Shown piece by piece: positions 1-10,656 of a stretch of DNA of 64,000 bases. Numbering within the stretch: the stretch's first letter is position 1; each line of letters begins with the position of its first letter. The notes below the pieces were generated by a model. That model did no database searches, had not been told where the DNA came from, and saw nothing but the letters and a program-made list of their open reading frames with translations. This DNA is from Flavobacteriales bacterium (GTDB lineage: Bacteria; Bacteroidota; Bacteroidia; CAIKAF01). The translations under genes and the position numbers were made by a program. The stretch covers positions 81,317-145,316 of the forward strand of contig JANWKT010000013.1 of the NCBI GenBank assembly GCA_025451235.1, written 5' to 3'.

Positions 1-294
1 GATATGGGCTTTATCCCACCAGGTATATTGCATAAGAACAACCGGGTCATCGTATAAGGTGGGTTTGAGGGGATGGTACATCAGGTTCTTTCCAACCAGG
101 GCATGGAATCTTTCATCCCAGATATTGAGGAAATCGAACAAAAAGGCGCCGAATAAAAAAAGAAAAAAGGAGGAAAGCACTAAAAAGAAAAAAGCTGGCT
201 TCTCTTTTTCCAAAACATGAAATACAATGCTTACGATCAACAAAAGTAGGCCGCATGCAAAAAAAATGGCATTGTATTGTAGGAAGGGATTCAA
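1..294 (-). CDS. ArnT/GT39-like membrane glycosyltransferase, N-terminal part (runs off window; not in ORF track)
   Basis: Manual translation from TTG at 294: MNPFLQYNAIFFACGLLLLIVSIVF...LFDFLNIWDERFHALVGKNLMYHPLKPTLY; TM helices followed by a WDE motif typical of GT-C enzymes. Confidence 0.6.
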   Translation of the reverse strand, partial: MNPFLQYNAIFFACGLLLLIVSIVFHVLEKEKPAFFFLVLSSFFLFLFGAFLFDFLNIWDERFHALVGKNLMYHPLKPTLYDDPVVLMQYTWWDKAHI

Positions 295-349
295 GGTTGG
301 TGCTAACTATAATTCCACAAGTTATCAATTATTTATTCGATGCTAACAA

Positions 350-376
350 AAAAGCCTCTTCAGAGAAGAGGCTTTT
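350..376 (-). terminator. Intrinsic terminator after rpoD
   Basis: aaaagcctcttc-aga-gaagaggctttt 12-bp stem with T tracts on both sides. Confidence 0.8.
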
Positions 377-395
377 GTATCAAATAGATTTTTAT

Positions 396-1259
396 TTACC
401 CTAAATAAGTTCTCAATAATTTGCTTCTGGTACTTTGACGTAAGCGTTTCAAGGCTTTCTCTTTGATCTGGCGAACACGTTCACGGGTCAAATCAAATTT
501 TTCACCGATCTCATCAATGGTAAGTCCATGATTCATACCGATGCCGAAATATAATTTGATGATCTCTTTTTCTCTTTCACTTAGGGTATCCAAGGTCCTT
601 TCAATTTCTTGTTGAAGAGATTCCATGATCAATGATTTATCCGCTTTTGGAGAATCACGGTTTTCCATTACATCATATAAAGTGCTTTCTTCACCGCTGA
701 TCAATGGAGCATCCATAGAGATATGTCGTCCACTGATAGAAATAGAATCTTTTACTTTATCCTCCGGAAGATCAAGGATAGAAGCCAATTCTTCCTCCGT
801 TGGTTCCCTTTCAAATTCCTGCTCCAGTTTAGAGAAGGCTTTGTTGAGTTTATTTAATGAACCCACCTGGTTCAATGGTAAACGAACAATTCTTGAATGC
901 TCAGCAATGGCCTGCAAAATACTTTGACGGATCCACCATACGGCGTATGAAATGAATTTAAAACCACGGGTCTCATCGAAACGCTGGGCAGCTTTTATCA
1001 ATCCTAAATTTCCTTCGTTGATAAGATCGGGTAAGGTCAACCCCTGATTTTGATATTGTTTAGCCACTGACACTACGAAACGTAAGTTGGCTCTGGTGAG
1101 TTTTTCTAAGGCAACCTGGTCACCCTGCTTGATCTTGCGGGCCAGATCTACTTCTTCTTCTGCAGTAATCAACTCCTCTTTTCCTATTTCCTGCAAATAT
1201 TTATCTAAAGAACGGCTTTCGCGGTTTGTAATGGATTTGGTGATCTTTAATTGCCTCAT
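396..1259 (-). CDS. rpoD: Primary sigma-70 factor (Bacteroidota type)
   Basis: [14 protein letters not shown] start, [56 protein letters not shown]. Confidence 0.95.
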   Translation of the reverse strand: MRQLKITKSITNRESRSLDKYLQEIGKEELITAEEEVDLARKIKQGDQVALEKLTRANLRFVVSVAKQYQNQGLTLPDLINEGNLGLIKAAQRFDETRGFKFISYAVWWIRQSILQAIAEHSRIVRLPLNQVGSLNKLNKAFSKLEQEFEREPTEEELASILDLPEDKVKDSISISGRHISMDAPLISGEESTLYDVMENRDSPKADKSLIMESLQQEIERTLDTLSEREKEIIKLYFGIGMNHGLTIDEIGEKFDLTRERVRQIKEKALKRLRQSTRSKLLRTYLG

Positions 1260-1432
1260 TGACATAATTAATCGCGGTATTTTAGGTTAATCAAGAACTA
1301 AAATAAAGGTGCAAAGATAGGCTTTATTGTTATTCCTGTCAAGTTTTTGGGGTAAGAATGTCAGATTTGCCTCGATTTAGCAACTGGCGGGCACCTAAAT
1401 GCCCACCAGGCTAGATCTTTGTGTGCTAATTA

Positions 1433-2863
1433 CTAATTGAAAGAGTAGACGACCTTGTCTCCGGAAGGATAAAAGCCGCTGATAATATAATACCCCTTGG
1501 TATTGCTTTCCAATATCTTGTCGATCTCATCCGGGGAGCTAACCGATTTACCGTTCACCTCAGTTACTATAAAGCCAGGTCTTACCCCTGCACTTCTCAG
1601 CTTTCCTCCAGTTACTTCTGCCACCTGTACCCCATTTTTTATACCCAGTTTATTCATGATACCAGCATCGGCTTCCTCAAAAGAAGCACCTAACAATGAA
1701 TTAATGGTTTCAGGTTTGTTCACCGCCTGGGTATTACCCGATTTATTCTTTAAAACTGCTTTTATGAGCTTCATCTCCCCATTTCTTTTAATGGTAAGCG
1801 TTACTGCATCGCCTGGACGGAAAAGGCCTATATGTTCCTGTAAGCCCGCTACTGTATTGATCTCTGTTTCTTCCACCTTTAGGATCACATCTCCTTGCTG
1901 GATTCCGGCATCTTCGGCGGCACTTCCAGGTGTGGAGCCTTCTACCCAAACCCCTTCGATCTTATCCAGCCCTTTTTTATTGGCAAAGTCCGCATCTATT
2001 TCCCGAATATTTACACCTAAAAGCCCTCTTTGAACGGTACCAAACTCAATCAGATCCATCGCAACCTTTTTTACCAGGTTACTTGGGATGGCAAATGAAT
2101 AGCCCTCATAGGATCCGGTATGGGTTTGAATGGCTGTATTCATGCCCACCAGTTCCCCGTTGGTATTTACCAGAGCTCCTCCGCTGTTTCCAGGGTTAAC
2201 GGCCGCATCAGTTTGAATGAATGACTCAATTTTATAGTTACTTTGGATAATATCAATATTCCTGCCTTTGGCACTTACGATCCCGGCGGTTACCGTTGAG
2301 GTGAGGTTAAATGGATTCCCTACAGCCAGCACCCATTCTCCCACCTTTATATCATCCGAATTGGAGAAGGCAACAAAAGGCATTCCCGTTTCCTGGATCT
2401 TGATCACCGCAATATCAGTCGTGGGATCTGCCCCCACCAACTTACCCTTATAAGTTCGTTTATCATTGAGGGTCACCTCAATTTCATCGGCACCATCGAT
2501 CACATGGTTATTGGTAACAATATATCCGTCATCGGTAATAATAATACCACTGCCACTGCCCATCTGGGGACCATTGTTCTGGAAAGGATTTCCAAAAAAG
2601 AATTGTTCGAATGGATCACTATATCCTGTATTGGTGCGTTTAGAGGCCGTTTTTATATGCACCACAGCATTCACTGTTTTCTCGCTGGCCGGCACAAAGT
2701 CTTTGTTAGTAGGAGGAGTATAACCTCCATCCGTATATCTTACCGGTGCCTGCTGCTCTACGATCTGCACCTTGGTCTTTTGAGGTATTATAAAATGATA
2801 AGCGCCTAATGCCAGCACTCCTCCGGCAAAGGCAGATAGAATGGTTGATACATTTTTGTTCAT
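1433..2863 (-). CDS. Do/DegQ (HtrA) family serine protease with two PDZ domains
   Basis: GSGSGII, VTNNHV, TDIAVIK, TDAAVNPGNSGGAL; start placed at MNKN (alternative 2875). Confidence 0.92.
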   Translation of the reverse strand: MNKNVSTILSAFAGGVLALGAYHFIIPQKTKVQIVEQQAPVRYTDGGYTPPTNKDFVPASEKTVNAVVHIKTASKRTNTGYSDPFEQFFFGNPFQNNGPQMGSGSGIIITDDGYIVTNNHVIDGADEIEVTLNDKRTYKGKLVGADPTTDIAVIKIQETGMPFVAFSNSDDIKVGEWVLAVGNPFNLTSTVTAGIVSAKGRNIDIIQSNYKIESFIQTDAAVNPGNSGGALVNTNGELVGMNTAIQTHTGSYEGYSFAIPSNLVKKVAMDLIEFGTVQRGLLGVNIREIDADFANKKGLDKIEGVWVEGSTPGSAAEDAGIQQGDVILKVEETEINTVAGLQEHIGLFRPGDAVTLTIKRNGEMKLIKAVLKNKSGNTQAVNKPETINSLLGASFEEADAGIMNKLGIKNGVQVAEVTGGKLRSAGVRPGFIVTEVNGKSVSSPDEIDKILESNTKGYYIISGFYPSGDKVVYSFN

Positions 2864-3002
2864 GGCTATCTTCATTTTTAATAGGTTATCTTTTTTTGAC
2901 TGAAAATCATAACGCAATTTTAAAAAAATAGATATTTTTTTCCTTGTTAATTCTAGTTAACGTATGGGGATATCGCTAACATCACTACTTTTACCGTCTG
3001 TA

Positions 3003-3785
3003 ATGATCAAATTCTCCAAATACCATGGTACCGGTAACGATTTTATTATGATCGATAACCGCCCATTGCTGGCAAAACTTTCTACCGAACAAATTGCCCA
3101 TCTATGCCATCGCAGATTTGGCATTGGGGCTGATGGGTTGATCCTTTTGCAAAATCATGCGGAACTCGATTTTGAGATGATCTATTATAATTCTGATGGA
3201 AAACCTAGCAGCATGTGTGGAAATGGAGGAAGATGCATGGCTGCCTTTGCTGCTCAGATTGGTATTGAAGCCAAGAGCGGGCCGTTAAAATTCATGGCCA
3301 TTGATGGAGTGCATGAGGCAGTATTGGAATCAGAACTCAAGAGTGGTTATAGGGTAAATTTAAAAATGCAGGATGTACATGAGGTGATCCAACGCGAATC
3401 CTATTGTATTTTAAATACCGGTTCTCCACATTTTGTGTTGCTAGCCAAAGACGTAGATCTTATTGATGTCATCCAGAAAGCTCATGCCATCCGATATTCC
3501 GATCAGTTCAAGGAACAAGGCATCAATGTAAACTTTATACAGCAGGCCGATAAGGATATCAAGGTGCGAACTTACGAACGAGGCGTGGAAGATGAAACCT
3601 GGAGTTGTGGAACAGGAGTGGTGGCCAGTGCCATAGCTGCTTATCTTTTTACCGGGAACATCCCTGCACATATTCATACCAAGGGTGGATTATTGGGTGT
3701 AACTTTTACCCCCCAATCCAAGACCCATTTTACCGATATACATTTAATAGGGCCGGCAATAAAAGTTTTCGACGGAAGTTTTTAG
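3003..3785 (+). CDS. dapF: Diaminopimelate epimerase
   Basis: FSKYHGTGNDF, GIGADG, MCGNGGRC, TGSPHFV, RTYERGVEDETWSCGTG. Confidence 0.95.
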   Translation: MIKFSKYHGTGNDFIMIDNRPLLAKLSTEQIAHLCHRRFGIGADGLILLQNHAELDFEMIYYNSDGKPSSMCGNGGRCMAAFAAQIGIEAKSGPLKFMAIDGVHEAVLESELKSGYRVNLKMQDVHEVIQRESYCILNTGSPHFVLLAKDVDLIDVIQKAHAIRYSDQFKEQGINVNFIQQADKDIKVRTYERGVEDETWSCGTGVVASAIAAYLFTGNIPAHIHTKGGLLGVTFTPQSKTHFTDIHLIGPAIKVFDGSF

Positions 3786-4046
3786 CCCACCCCGATGACC
3801 TTTTCGGACAAGGGCGGACGAACGCTATGCTGCGGGGTACCGTGCGCCTCCTCCATTATTCCTGCACGCATCCCACGGCGCACCAGGCCCGTCTGCCGAT
3901 GCGTTGGCCATACACCTGGGCAGGCCGGCCCTTCGCAGCGCTGCCGCGGTTCCGGCTTTTTTGAACAATGTATTGTTTCAAATAAAATATTCAGGAAACA
4001 GTTTACCTTTAGTACATCCTTATTTTTGTTTCACATTTGATCAACC

Positions 4047-4787
4047 ATGGCTAAAGGCATTTGTTTATATTCCGTTATTCCCTGTAGAGATCAACCATCC
4101 CATCGTTCACAGCAAACAACCCAATTATTGTTTGGTGAAACATATACTGTTTTGGATGAGATGAATGACTTTTTATTGATAGAGTGTGATCACGATGAAT
4201 ACCAGGCATGGATAGCATCCAACCAACACCATGAATGGGAAAAAAAACTGGAATATGTTTTGAACGAAAGTTTATTGCAAACCATTAAGGTAGATAACCA
4301 AACCATGTACGTGCCTATGGGGGCATATATACCCAAAAATAGCTGGAATCTTTTTGGCAAAACCTATACAGCCTCTAATTATACATCCAACCAACTCACT
4401 TCAGTTGAAATTAAACTTAATTACTATTCCCGCTTATTAAACAATACCCCGTATATGTGGGGTGGGAGAACGCCTTTAGGTATGGATTGCTCAGGATTTA
4501 CACAATTAATATACCGAATGCTGGGAATGAATATTAAAAGGGACAGCTCACAACAGGCAGAAATGGGTACAACCATTCATATTATTCATGAAGCACATCC
4601 GGGTGACCTTGCTTTCTTTGATAACGATGAAGGAAGGATTACCCATGTAGGTGTAGTACTGGACCATCAGCATGTAGCGCATGCTTCTGGCTGTGTAAGA
4701 ACCGATAAGGTGGATCATGAAGGTATTTATTCGACCGACTTAAAGAAATACACTCATAAATTACGGCTAATTAAGAGGTTACTCTAA
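4047..4787 (+). CDS. NlpC/P60 (C40) peptidase with N-terminal SH3-like domain
   Basis: PYMWGGRTPLGMDCSG, GDLAFF, THVG, HAS; N-terminal TQLLFGE. Confidence 0.9.
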   Translation: MAKGICLYSVIPCRDQPSHRSQQTTQLLFGETYTVLDEMNDFLLIECDHDEYQAWIASNQHHEWEKKLEYVLNESLLQTIKVDNQTMYVPMGAYIPKNSWNLFGKTYTASNYTSNQLTSVEIKLNYYSRLLNNTPYMWGGRTPLGMDCSGFTQLIYRMLGMNIKRDSSQQAEMGTTIHIIHEAHPGDLAFFDNDEGRITHVGVVLDHQHVAHASGCVRTDKVDHEGIYSTDLKKYTHKLRLIKRLL

Positions 4788-4865
4788 ACAAGACCCAGTA
4801 TTCGTCTGGCGCAGGCTTTTCATTCTTTTTTCTTTTATATTTGATTACCACTTAATCAAAAAACC

Positions 4866-5441
4866 ATGCCCCGAGAAAAAGATTTTGACCAGCAGGCGGT
4901 TGTAAAAAAATGTATCGACTTATTTGCCCATCATGGGTACAGTGCTACAGGTATTCAAGAGATAGTAGATAATACAGGTATCAACCGCAGTAGTTTGTAT
5001 TCAACTTTTAAAGGAAAGGATGAATTATTCCTGACCTGTTTAAAAAAGGTCATGCAGGAAGAAATACTGTCGTTAGAGGCCCTGCAAAAAAAACTTTCAC
5101 CCATTAAATTGATCGATGCCTACCTGGCATCCGTTACCAAGGATAAGGCCGGCTACCATTTATTAAAATTTGCTACCGCCGAATTCAAACTTCTGAATAA
5201 AAGGTCGCAAACAGCTATTAATGCCCATTACCAATGGAAACAGACCTTTTTTGAAGGGGTCTTGATGCAAGCTCAAAAAAACGGCAAACTCAGCAAGAAA
5301 ATAGAGGTCGGCGATATGGTTTCCTTACTCGAATTGATTGTTCAGGGAGTACAGAATTTTTCGCATCTCAACAATGCCGATAGGCTATATAAAAAGCCAT
5401 CCATCAGGTTTTCAAAACTTATTCAACGGAAAAAGGCCTAA
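4866..5441 (+). CDS. TetR/AcrR family regulator
   Basis: FAHHGYSATGIQEIVDNTGINRSSLYSTFKGKDELF HTH. Confidence 0.9.
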   Translation: MPREKDFDQQAVVKKCIDLFAHHGYSATGIQEIVDNTGINRSSLYSTFKGKDELFLTCLKKVMQEEILSLEALQKKLSPIKLIDAYLASVTKDKAGYHLLKFATAEFKLLNKRSQTAINAHYQWKQTFFEGVLMQAQKNGKLSKKIEVGDMVSLLELIVQGVQNFSHLNNADRLYKKPSIRFSKLIQRKKA

Positions 5442-5572
5442 AAAGTAAAGACCTATTGGCCAATTGCTATACTATCGGGCATCAGACCGATGGCCTGATG
5501 AAGGAATTCGACAAAAAAGAGCTAAGTGTCAAAAAATCAACCGAAAACAAGGCCAACAATTGGATTTTCCAT

Positions 5573-5672
5573 AAAAAGCAAATCCCCTCTTGTGGAGGGG
5601 ATCGCTTGAGTCCTGTTATTCACAGGCACCCTAACCTAAACCTTATGAAAAAGACATTAGTTAGACTAATGC
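5573..5672 (-). ncRNA. Candidate orphan small RNA (~100 nt)
   Basis: TACATTTG promoter box at 5684-5677, three hairpins, the last a GC-rich terminator followed by a U run; no ORF on this strand. Confidence 0.5.
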
Positions 5673-5760
5673 ATAGCAAATGTATTATATTTTTTGAATT
5701 TAAAAACAAAATTTGTTTAAGATTAGAGTAACTTAAGTAAAAATTAATTTCTTTTAAGGG

Positions 5761-6189
5761 TCAGGGCTGATTTGACTGCTGGGAAAGATCTGGAGGAGGA
5801 GGGGGAGCCTGGGTTTTTTTCTTTCTGAATAACAGGAGCTTGCTGAGGGCCATTACCAGAGAGCTGATCATGATAACATAGAGTCCATATTTCATTTGAA
5901 TATCTGGGTCCACGGTCATAGAGGCCCGAATCTCCAGGTACTGGTAAACACTTATAATAAGCATCGCAAATCCCAACAGAATGTTCCATTTGAAATTGGC
6001 AAACAACAACAATACATATAATATAATAAGGATAGCCATGATCCAGCCTAAAGGCTCAAGAGTGCCATTCACCAGATCTATCTTGGTTTGCTTCCAGGGT
6101 AAGAAAATCCCTACAAAGCTGGCACAAGCCGCCAGCAAACCAATTGGTCCCAGTTTATTGACCTTAAATAATTTTACAATATTGGCCAT
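5761..6189 (-). CDS. Membrane protein (about 4 TM, Pro-rich tail)
   Basis: Hydrophobic segments, FLPW motif, APPPPP tail. Confidence 0.7.
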   Translation of the reverse strand: MANIVKLFKVNKLGPIGLLAACASFVGIFLPWKQTKIDLVNGTLEPLGWIMAILIILYVLLLFANFKWNILLGFAMLIISVYQYLEIRASMTVDPDIQMKYGLYVIMISSLVMALSKLLLFRKKKTQAPPPPPDLSQQSNQP

Positions 6190-6241
6190 AATCCTTCAAC
6201 TCGTATAAAGTTATAAATTTACTGAATAATTTCAATTTTAC

Positions 6242-6673
6242 ATGCGTTCATCAATTGAAGTGAAAAAATCCTTCTTTTTAAGGTTCTTGCTATGGACCGT
6301 CTTTTTAGGGAATGTATATCTATTGTTTCAAAGTGTTTTTCATTCATTGAATATTCACGGCATCGATGACTATTTTCGTTGGTATGCATTTAATACCCCC
6401 CCCCTTTATAATCTTTTGCTCGTTGTTTCATCCACATTCACCCTGTTGGGGGCCTATGCTGTTTATATGAAAGGCAAGCCTGGTTTTCGAATCTATTTTT
6501 TCGGAAAACTGCTGGCTGTTTTGGCCCTGTTCATTATTACGAAGAAGGAGTATGAGCTAAGTGGCCTTGATTACCCTTACATTCTTCTACCTATATTGGT
6601 CTTCATAGAATTGCTCTATCCAATGATTATATCTATATCTTTGCGCAAAGTTTTGCGAAAACAAGCAGGGTAA
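6242..6673 (+). CDS. Hypothetical membrane protein
   Basis: 143-aa ORF with several hydrophobic helices. Confidence 0.65.
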   Translation: MRSSIEVKKSFFLRFLLWTVFLGNVYLLFQSVFHSLNIHGIDDYFRWYAFNTPPLYNLLLVVSSTFTLLGAYAVYMKGKPGFRIYFFGKLLAVLALFIITKKEYELSGLDYPYILLPILVFIELLYPMIISISLRKVLRKQAG

Positions 6674-6680
6674 AATTTCA

Positions 6681-7109
6681 ATGAAAAGACCAACTTCATT
6701 CACCATCTACAATATAATAGTTTGGGTTACCAAGTTTATTCCGTTGATTGCGGTCTACCAGTTTTTTGCCTATATCAATCAGCCGGGCCAATTGGATTTT
6801 TATCTAGGCCTTGGACTCAGGGATATCCGTGACTATCTATATGTATATGTAGGAGCTAGTTTTTTAACTTTGATCACAACGGTTTTTTTGTTTTTCAGAA
6901 AGAAGATTGCTCTTAATATTTATATTTTTTTAAAAACGGTGGAAGTACATTGCTTGATCATGGCTTTACCAACATTGGTATATGGTTTGCAAAGAGGGTT
7001 AGGAATTAAACATGGGTTTACTTTTCATTTTTCAGCATGGGCATTCATCATCTCTACCAATCTCATTTTTCCCTTGATATATTATACATATAAAAAGCAA
7101 CTCAAATGA
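6681..7109 (+). CDS. Hypothetical membrane protein
   Basis: 142-aa hydrophobic ORF; ATGA overlap with next gene. Confidence 0.65.
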   Translation: MKRPTSFTIYNIIVWVTKFIPLIAVYQFFAYINQPGQLDFYLGLGLRDIRDYLYVYVGASFLTLITTVFLFFRKKIALNIYIFLKTVEVHCLIMALPTLVYGLQRGLGIKHGFTFHFSAWAFIISTNLIFPLIYYTYKKQLK

Positions 7110-7681
7110 AAGTAGGTATCGTAGATAATTACGATTCTTTTACCTATAACCTTGTACATTATTTGGAGGAGATTGCTGGAGAACGGCCTTTTGTTTGCAT
7201 GAATGACCAGATTGATTGGAACACATTGGATGTTTGTACTCATCTTGTTTTATCGCCCGGACCTGGCCTTCCGAATGGATCAGGAGAGCTGATGAAGACC
7301 ATCGACAAATATCATCTTCATAAAAATATACTGGGAGTTTGTTTGGGGATGCAAGCGGTTGGAGAATTTTTTGGAGCAGAGCTAAAAAACCTGGCGGAAG
7401 TGCAACATGGAGTCCAGGCAAAAATATTTATTGAAAAGGCGGCGAAAGATCCTTTGTACAAAAATTTCCCGGATACAATCGAAGTGGGAAGGTACCATTC
7501 ATGGGTGGTGGATGAAAAAAAAATCCCTGATTCCTTGTGTATTACTTCGAAGGATCAGGAAGGAAATATCATGTCATTGAAGCATGTTTCTCTAGCAATT
7601 CATGGGGTTCAATATCATCCTGAATCCATTATGACATCTTATGGGAAGCGGATCTTGGAAAACTGGTTAAGGTATACCTAA
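7106..7681 (+). CDS. Anthranilate/aminodeoxychorismate synthase component II (TrpG/PabA glutamine amidotransferase)
   Basis: DNYDSFTYNL, LSPGPG, GVCLGMQ, RYHSW, QYHPES. Confidence 0.93.
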   Translation: MKVGIVDNYDSFTYNLVHYLEEIAGERPFVCMNDQIDWNTLDVCTHLVLSPGPGLPNGSGELMKTIDKYHLHKNILGVCLGMQAVGEFFGAELKNLAEVQHGVQAKIFIEKAAKDPLYKNFPDTIEVGRYHSWVVDEKKIPDSLCITSKDQEGNIMSLKHVSLAIHGVQYHPESIMTSYGKRILENWLRYT

Positions 7682-8124
7682 TTGTCTGGCAAAACTTCCT
7701 GCCTTTTTGAAAGCGGATACACATTAAAAGTACCGATAGCTATGGCAGCAACCGCGTTGCTGGCCTGTTTATATATTTTGCCGGAGGATACAATGGTGCT
7801 TTTTCCGACGAAATCAATTTTCCCTTCACCCACCAATACATCCCCTAAATTTACCGGTTGGAGATAGTTGATCTTAAATTCCACTGTACTTACCAGGTTA
7901 TTTTCTTCAAAAGCTTTAGACAATGCTGCAGTTCCTATCACTGAATCCATTAATCCAGCAATAACTCCACCGTGACATGTATTGGGGGAGCTTAAATGTT
8001 TTTCCTGAACTACCATTTTATAAATAATATGGCCCGGTTCAAGAATATCTAATTGCATTCCATTGTCGGCACCATATTTATTGATATGGTTATAATGTTT
8101 GATCATTTCCATCCACTTCTCCAT
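7678..8124 (-). CDS. PaaI family thioesterase
   Basis: CHGGVIAGLMDS, STVEFKINYLQPV. Confidence 0.88.
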   Translation of the reverse strand: MEKWMEMIKHYNHINKYGADNGMQLDILEPGHIIYKMVVQEKHLSSPNTCHGGVIAGLMDSVIGTAALSKAFEENNLVSTVEFKINYLQPVNLGDVLVGEGKIDFVGKSTIVSSGKIYKQASNAVAAIAIGTFNVYPLSKRQEVLPDN

Positions 8125-8134
8125 TCAAAAAAAT

Positions 8135-9418
8135 CTATTGATTATTAAGGATTTTTGTCAAACTGGCTACCAGTAGGTCCAGTTCATATTCATTGTTGTA
8201 AATGCTAGGAGAGATCCGTATGCCGGCAATGTCATGAATTGTGCAGTTCGCAACTACAATACTTTCCTCACTTAAAAGTCTGTTCACGGCCACCTGGGTA
8301 TCTACATTTTTTAAACCAATGGTTACAATCGAGCCGGATAAGCTAGGCGATTGTGGTGTGTAAATTTGAATATTGGGATGGTTTTTTACCTGGTCGAGCC
8401 AATAGTTTTTCAGGTAATTTAACCGGGTAATTTTATTTTCGAAAGTAATATAATCATGAAAATCCAATGCATGTGCAAGGGCAAACTCCGCGGTAGAATT
8501 TCTGGTACCATGGTCGTCAAATTTTAGCATGGTCTTTTCAAATTTGGGATTGGGAGAAAAATAGGAGGGAAGATCCAGGATTCTGTCTTTCTTGATATAT
8601 AAAAGACCGGTTCCAATAGGGCCATGCAGCCATTTATGAACACTCATTCCTGCAAAGTCACATTGAAGCTCCTGCATGTCAATCTTCATGTGGCCAAAAG
8701 ATTGAGTAGGGTCAAGAATAACTGTGATCCCTCTTTTTTTTGCCTCAGCGGCTATCTTTGCCGCCGGTAATAACTGCCCCGTCCAGTTGATCATGTGGGT
8801 GATGTAAACCACCTTAGTATTCTTGTTAAAAAGAGATACATATTTATCCACCATTTTCTGTTCGTCGTTTTCCGGGAATACCAGATCTACATAATTCAAT
8901 TTAATATGCTGGTCCTTTACTTTTTGTTCCCAAACAGAAACCATTCTAGGATAATCATACTTGCAAAGCACCACCTCATCACCTTTTGAAAGCTTGAGCT
9001 GATTGACAATAATGCTAAGCGCCTCTGTGGCATTTCGAACAACCGTCAACTCTTCGTAAGAGCAGTTTATAAAATCACCCAGCCGTTTTTTTACATTATC
9101 CCTGCCAGCTTCCAACACCCTCCAGAGTGTATGACTGGGAGCTTCGTTGGCCATTTCCATCATTCGATACCATGCCTCCCTAACAACCAGCGGAGATGGA
9201 GAAACACCTGCATTGTTTAAATAAACATACGAAGGAGAAGCGCTGAATTGCATTCGTACCCAACCCCATAAATCATCACCTGCGGGTGGGAAGCTATCAT
9301 AATCAAGCCCATCAAACTTGATCGGATCGTTTTTTGCAAAAACCGACAATGCAGGAGCTGCTATACTTGCAGATGCAAGAAGTGACAACTTTTTAAGAAA
9401 ACTGCGTCTGTCCGCCAT
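8135..9418 (-). CDS. Class V PLP-dependent aminotransferase-like enzyme with Tat signal
   Basis: DRRSFLK twin-arginine signal, YLNNAGVSP, RNATEAL, DPTQSFG, SVHKWLHGPIGTG. Confidence 0.85.
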   Translation of the reverse strand: MADRRSFLKKLSLLASASIAAPALSVFAKNDPIKFDGLDYDSFPPAGDDLWGWVRMQFSASPSYVYLNNAGVSPSPLVVREAWYRMMEMANEAPSHTLWRVLEAGRDNVKKRLGDFINCSYEELTVVRNATEALSIIVNQLKLSKGDEVVLCKYDYPRMVSVWEQKVKDQHIKLNYVDLVFPENDEQKMVDKYVSLFNKNTKVVYITHMINWTGQLLPAAKIAAEAKKRGITVILDPTQSFGHMKIDMQELQCDFAGMSVHKWLHGPIGTGLLYIKKDRILDLPSYFSPNPKFEKTMLKFDDHGTRNSTAEFALAHALDFHDYITFENKITRLNYLKNYWLDQVKNHPNIQIYTPQSPSLSGSIVTIGLKNVDTQVAVNRLLSEESIVVANCTIHDIAGIRISPSIYNNEYELDLLVASLTKILNNQ

Positions 9419-9480
9419 TTTTGCTTTTTTACAAAATTATGAAAAGCAAAAACCTAACCAAAACATGCAACAGGGCCCTT

Positions 9481-10587
9481 CTACCTGGAAAGATAAAAGT
9501 CAGCCATAATAGGATAATGGTCCGTGGTGCTTTGAGGATATACTTTGAACCTTTTACAATCGAAATCAGAAGTGTGAAAAATATAATCAATTCGTAACAT
9601 AGGGAGGTTGCCATTATAGGTTGCACCAATGCCAGAGCCTGATTCGATAAAAGCATCCCTATATTTCCTATTCATGATCCTATAGGTATATGACATCGGA
9701 ACATCGTTAAAATCACCGGCAATAATGGTGGAATAGGGAGATCTTTTTAGATGATTGGCCAGGATATTTACTTGCTCATATCTCCTTTTATAACCATTTT
9801 TTAATTTTTTCATCCACTTTTTAGCGAAAAAAATCGACTTTTCGCTGGTATTCATGATGCTATCTACCTCATTCGTGTTAAGATGGTTAGAGGCCAGATG
9901 GACATTATAAACCCGAATGGTATCTTTTTTAATCAATAAATCTGTGTAAATAACCAGGTTTGTTCGATTTTTTGTGCTATCAATGGTAATATAACCACTA
10001 TGTAAAATAGGGAACTTGCTGAACGTAGCCAGACCAAATTCCTGGTTATTATATTTCACCACACCTGCTTCGAAATGCATCGTATGTTCAGGCAATATTT
10101 CCTTCATTTTTTCTGTGGTGATAAATTCCTGGTTCCTGGTTTGAAAATATTCCTGAAAGCAATACACATCCGCATCATTTTTTGAAATAAAGTCGATGAT
10201 CTTATCTCTTTGTATTTCATTTTTTTTCCAATCATAGTATTTAAACAACTGGATATTATAACTCATCACCCGTATACGATCGTTTTTGGTATCTCCAGGT
10301 GAGGGCAAATGAAAAGCAAACATCTTTGAATGATAAGAAAGACCGATTAAAATGGCGACCAGACTTACCAACGAATACTTCCACTTAATAAAGATCCAGA
10401 TAATGATGATGGCAAGGTTGGCAATGAGCCAAATATAATAACCAAGCCCAAGCAATGAGATAAACCAGTAATCGGATGGGTTAATAAAATAAGCTGAATA
10501 ACAACCGAATAATCCCAGCAGAAAAATAATATTTACGGTTATTAATATTCCCTTAATAAATTTCAAAATCCCTCCATTTGTTAACAA
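9481..10587 (-). CDS. Endonuclease/exonuclease/phosphatase family protein with N-terminal TMs
   Basis: VMSYNI, CFQE, NVHLAS, AGDFND, RIDYIF, TDHYP. Confidence 0.9.
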   Translation of the reverse strand: MLTNGGILKFIKGILITVNIIFLLGLFGCYSAYFINPSDYWFISLLGLGYYIWLIANLAIIIIWIFIKWKYSLVSLVAILIGLSYHSKMFAFHLPSPGDTKNDRIRVMSYNIQLFKYYDWKKNEIQRDKIIDFISKNDADVYCFQEYFQTRNQEFITTEKMKEILPEHTMHFEAGVVKYNNQEFGLATFSKFPILHSGYITIDSTKNRTNLVIYTDLLIKKDTIRVYNVHLASNHLNTNEVDSIMNTSEKSIFFAKKWMKKLKNGYKRRYEQVNILANHLKRSPYSTIIAGDFNDVPMSYTYRIMNRKYRDAFIESGSGIGATYNGNLPMLRIDYIFHTSDFDCKRFKVYPQSTTDHYPIMADFYLSR

Positions 10588-10656
10588 ATTTCACCAAACC
10601 TTTTATATATTTCTGATGTTTTTGGGTAATATTGTAAACGTTGAAAAGTTAAAAAA

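Noticed and set aside
113..328. 71-aa ORF from the track
   Set aside because: A different minus-strand frame (294 to the window edge) gives a recognisable glycosyltransferase-like N-terminus.
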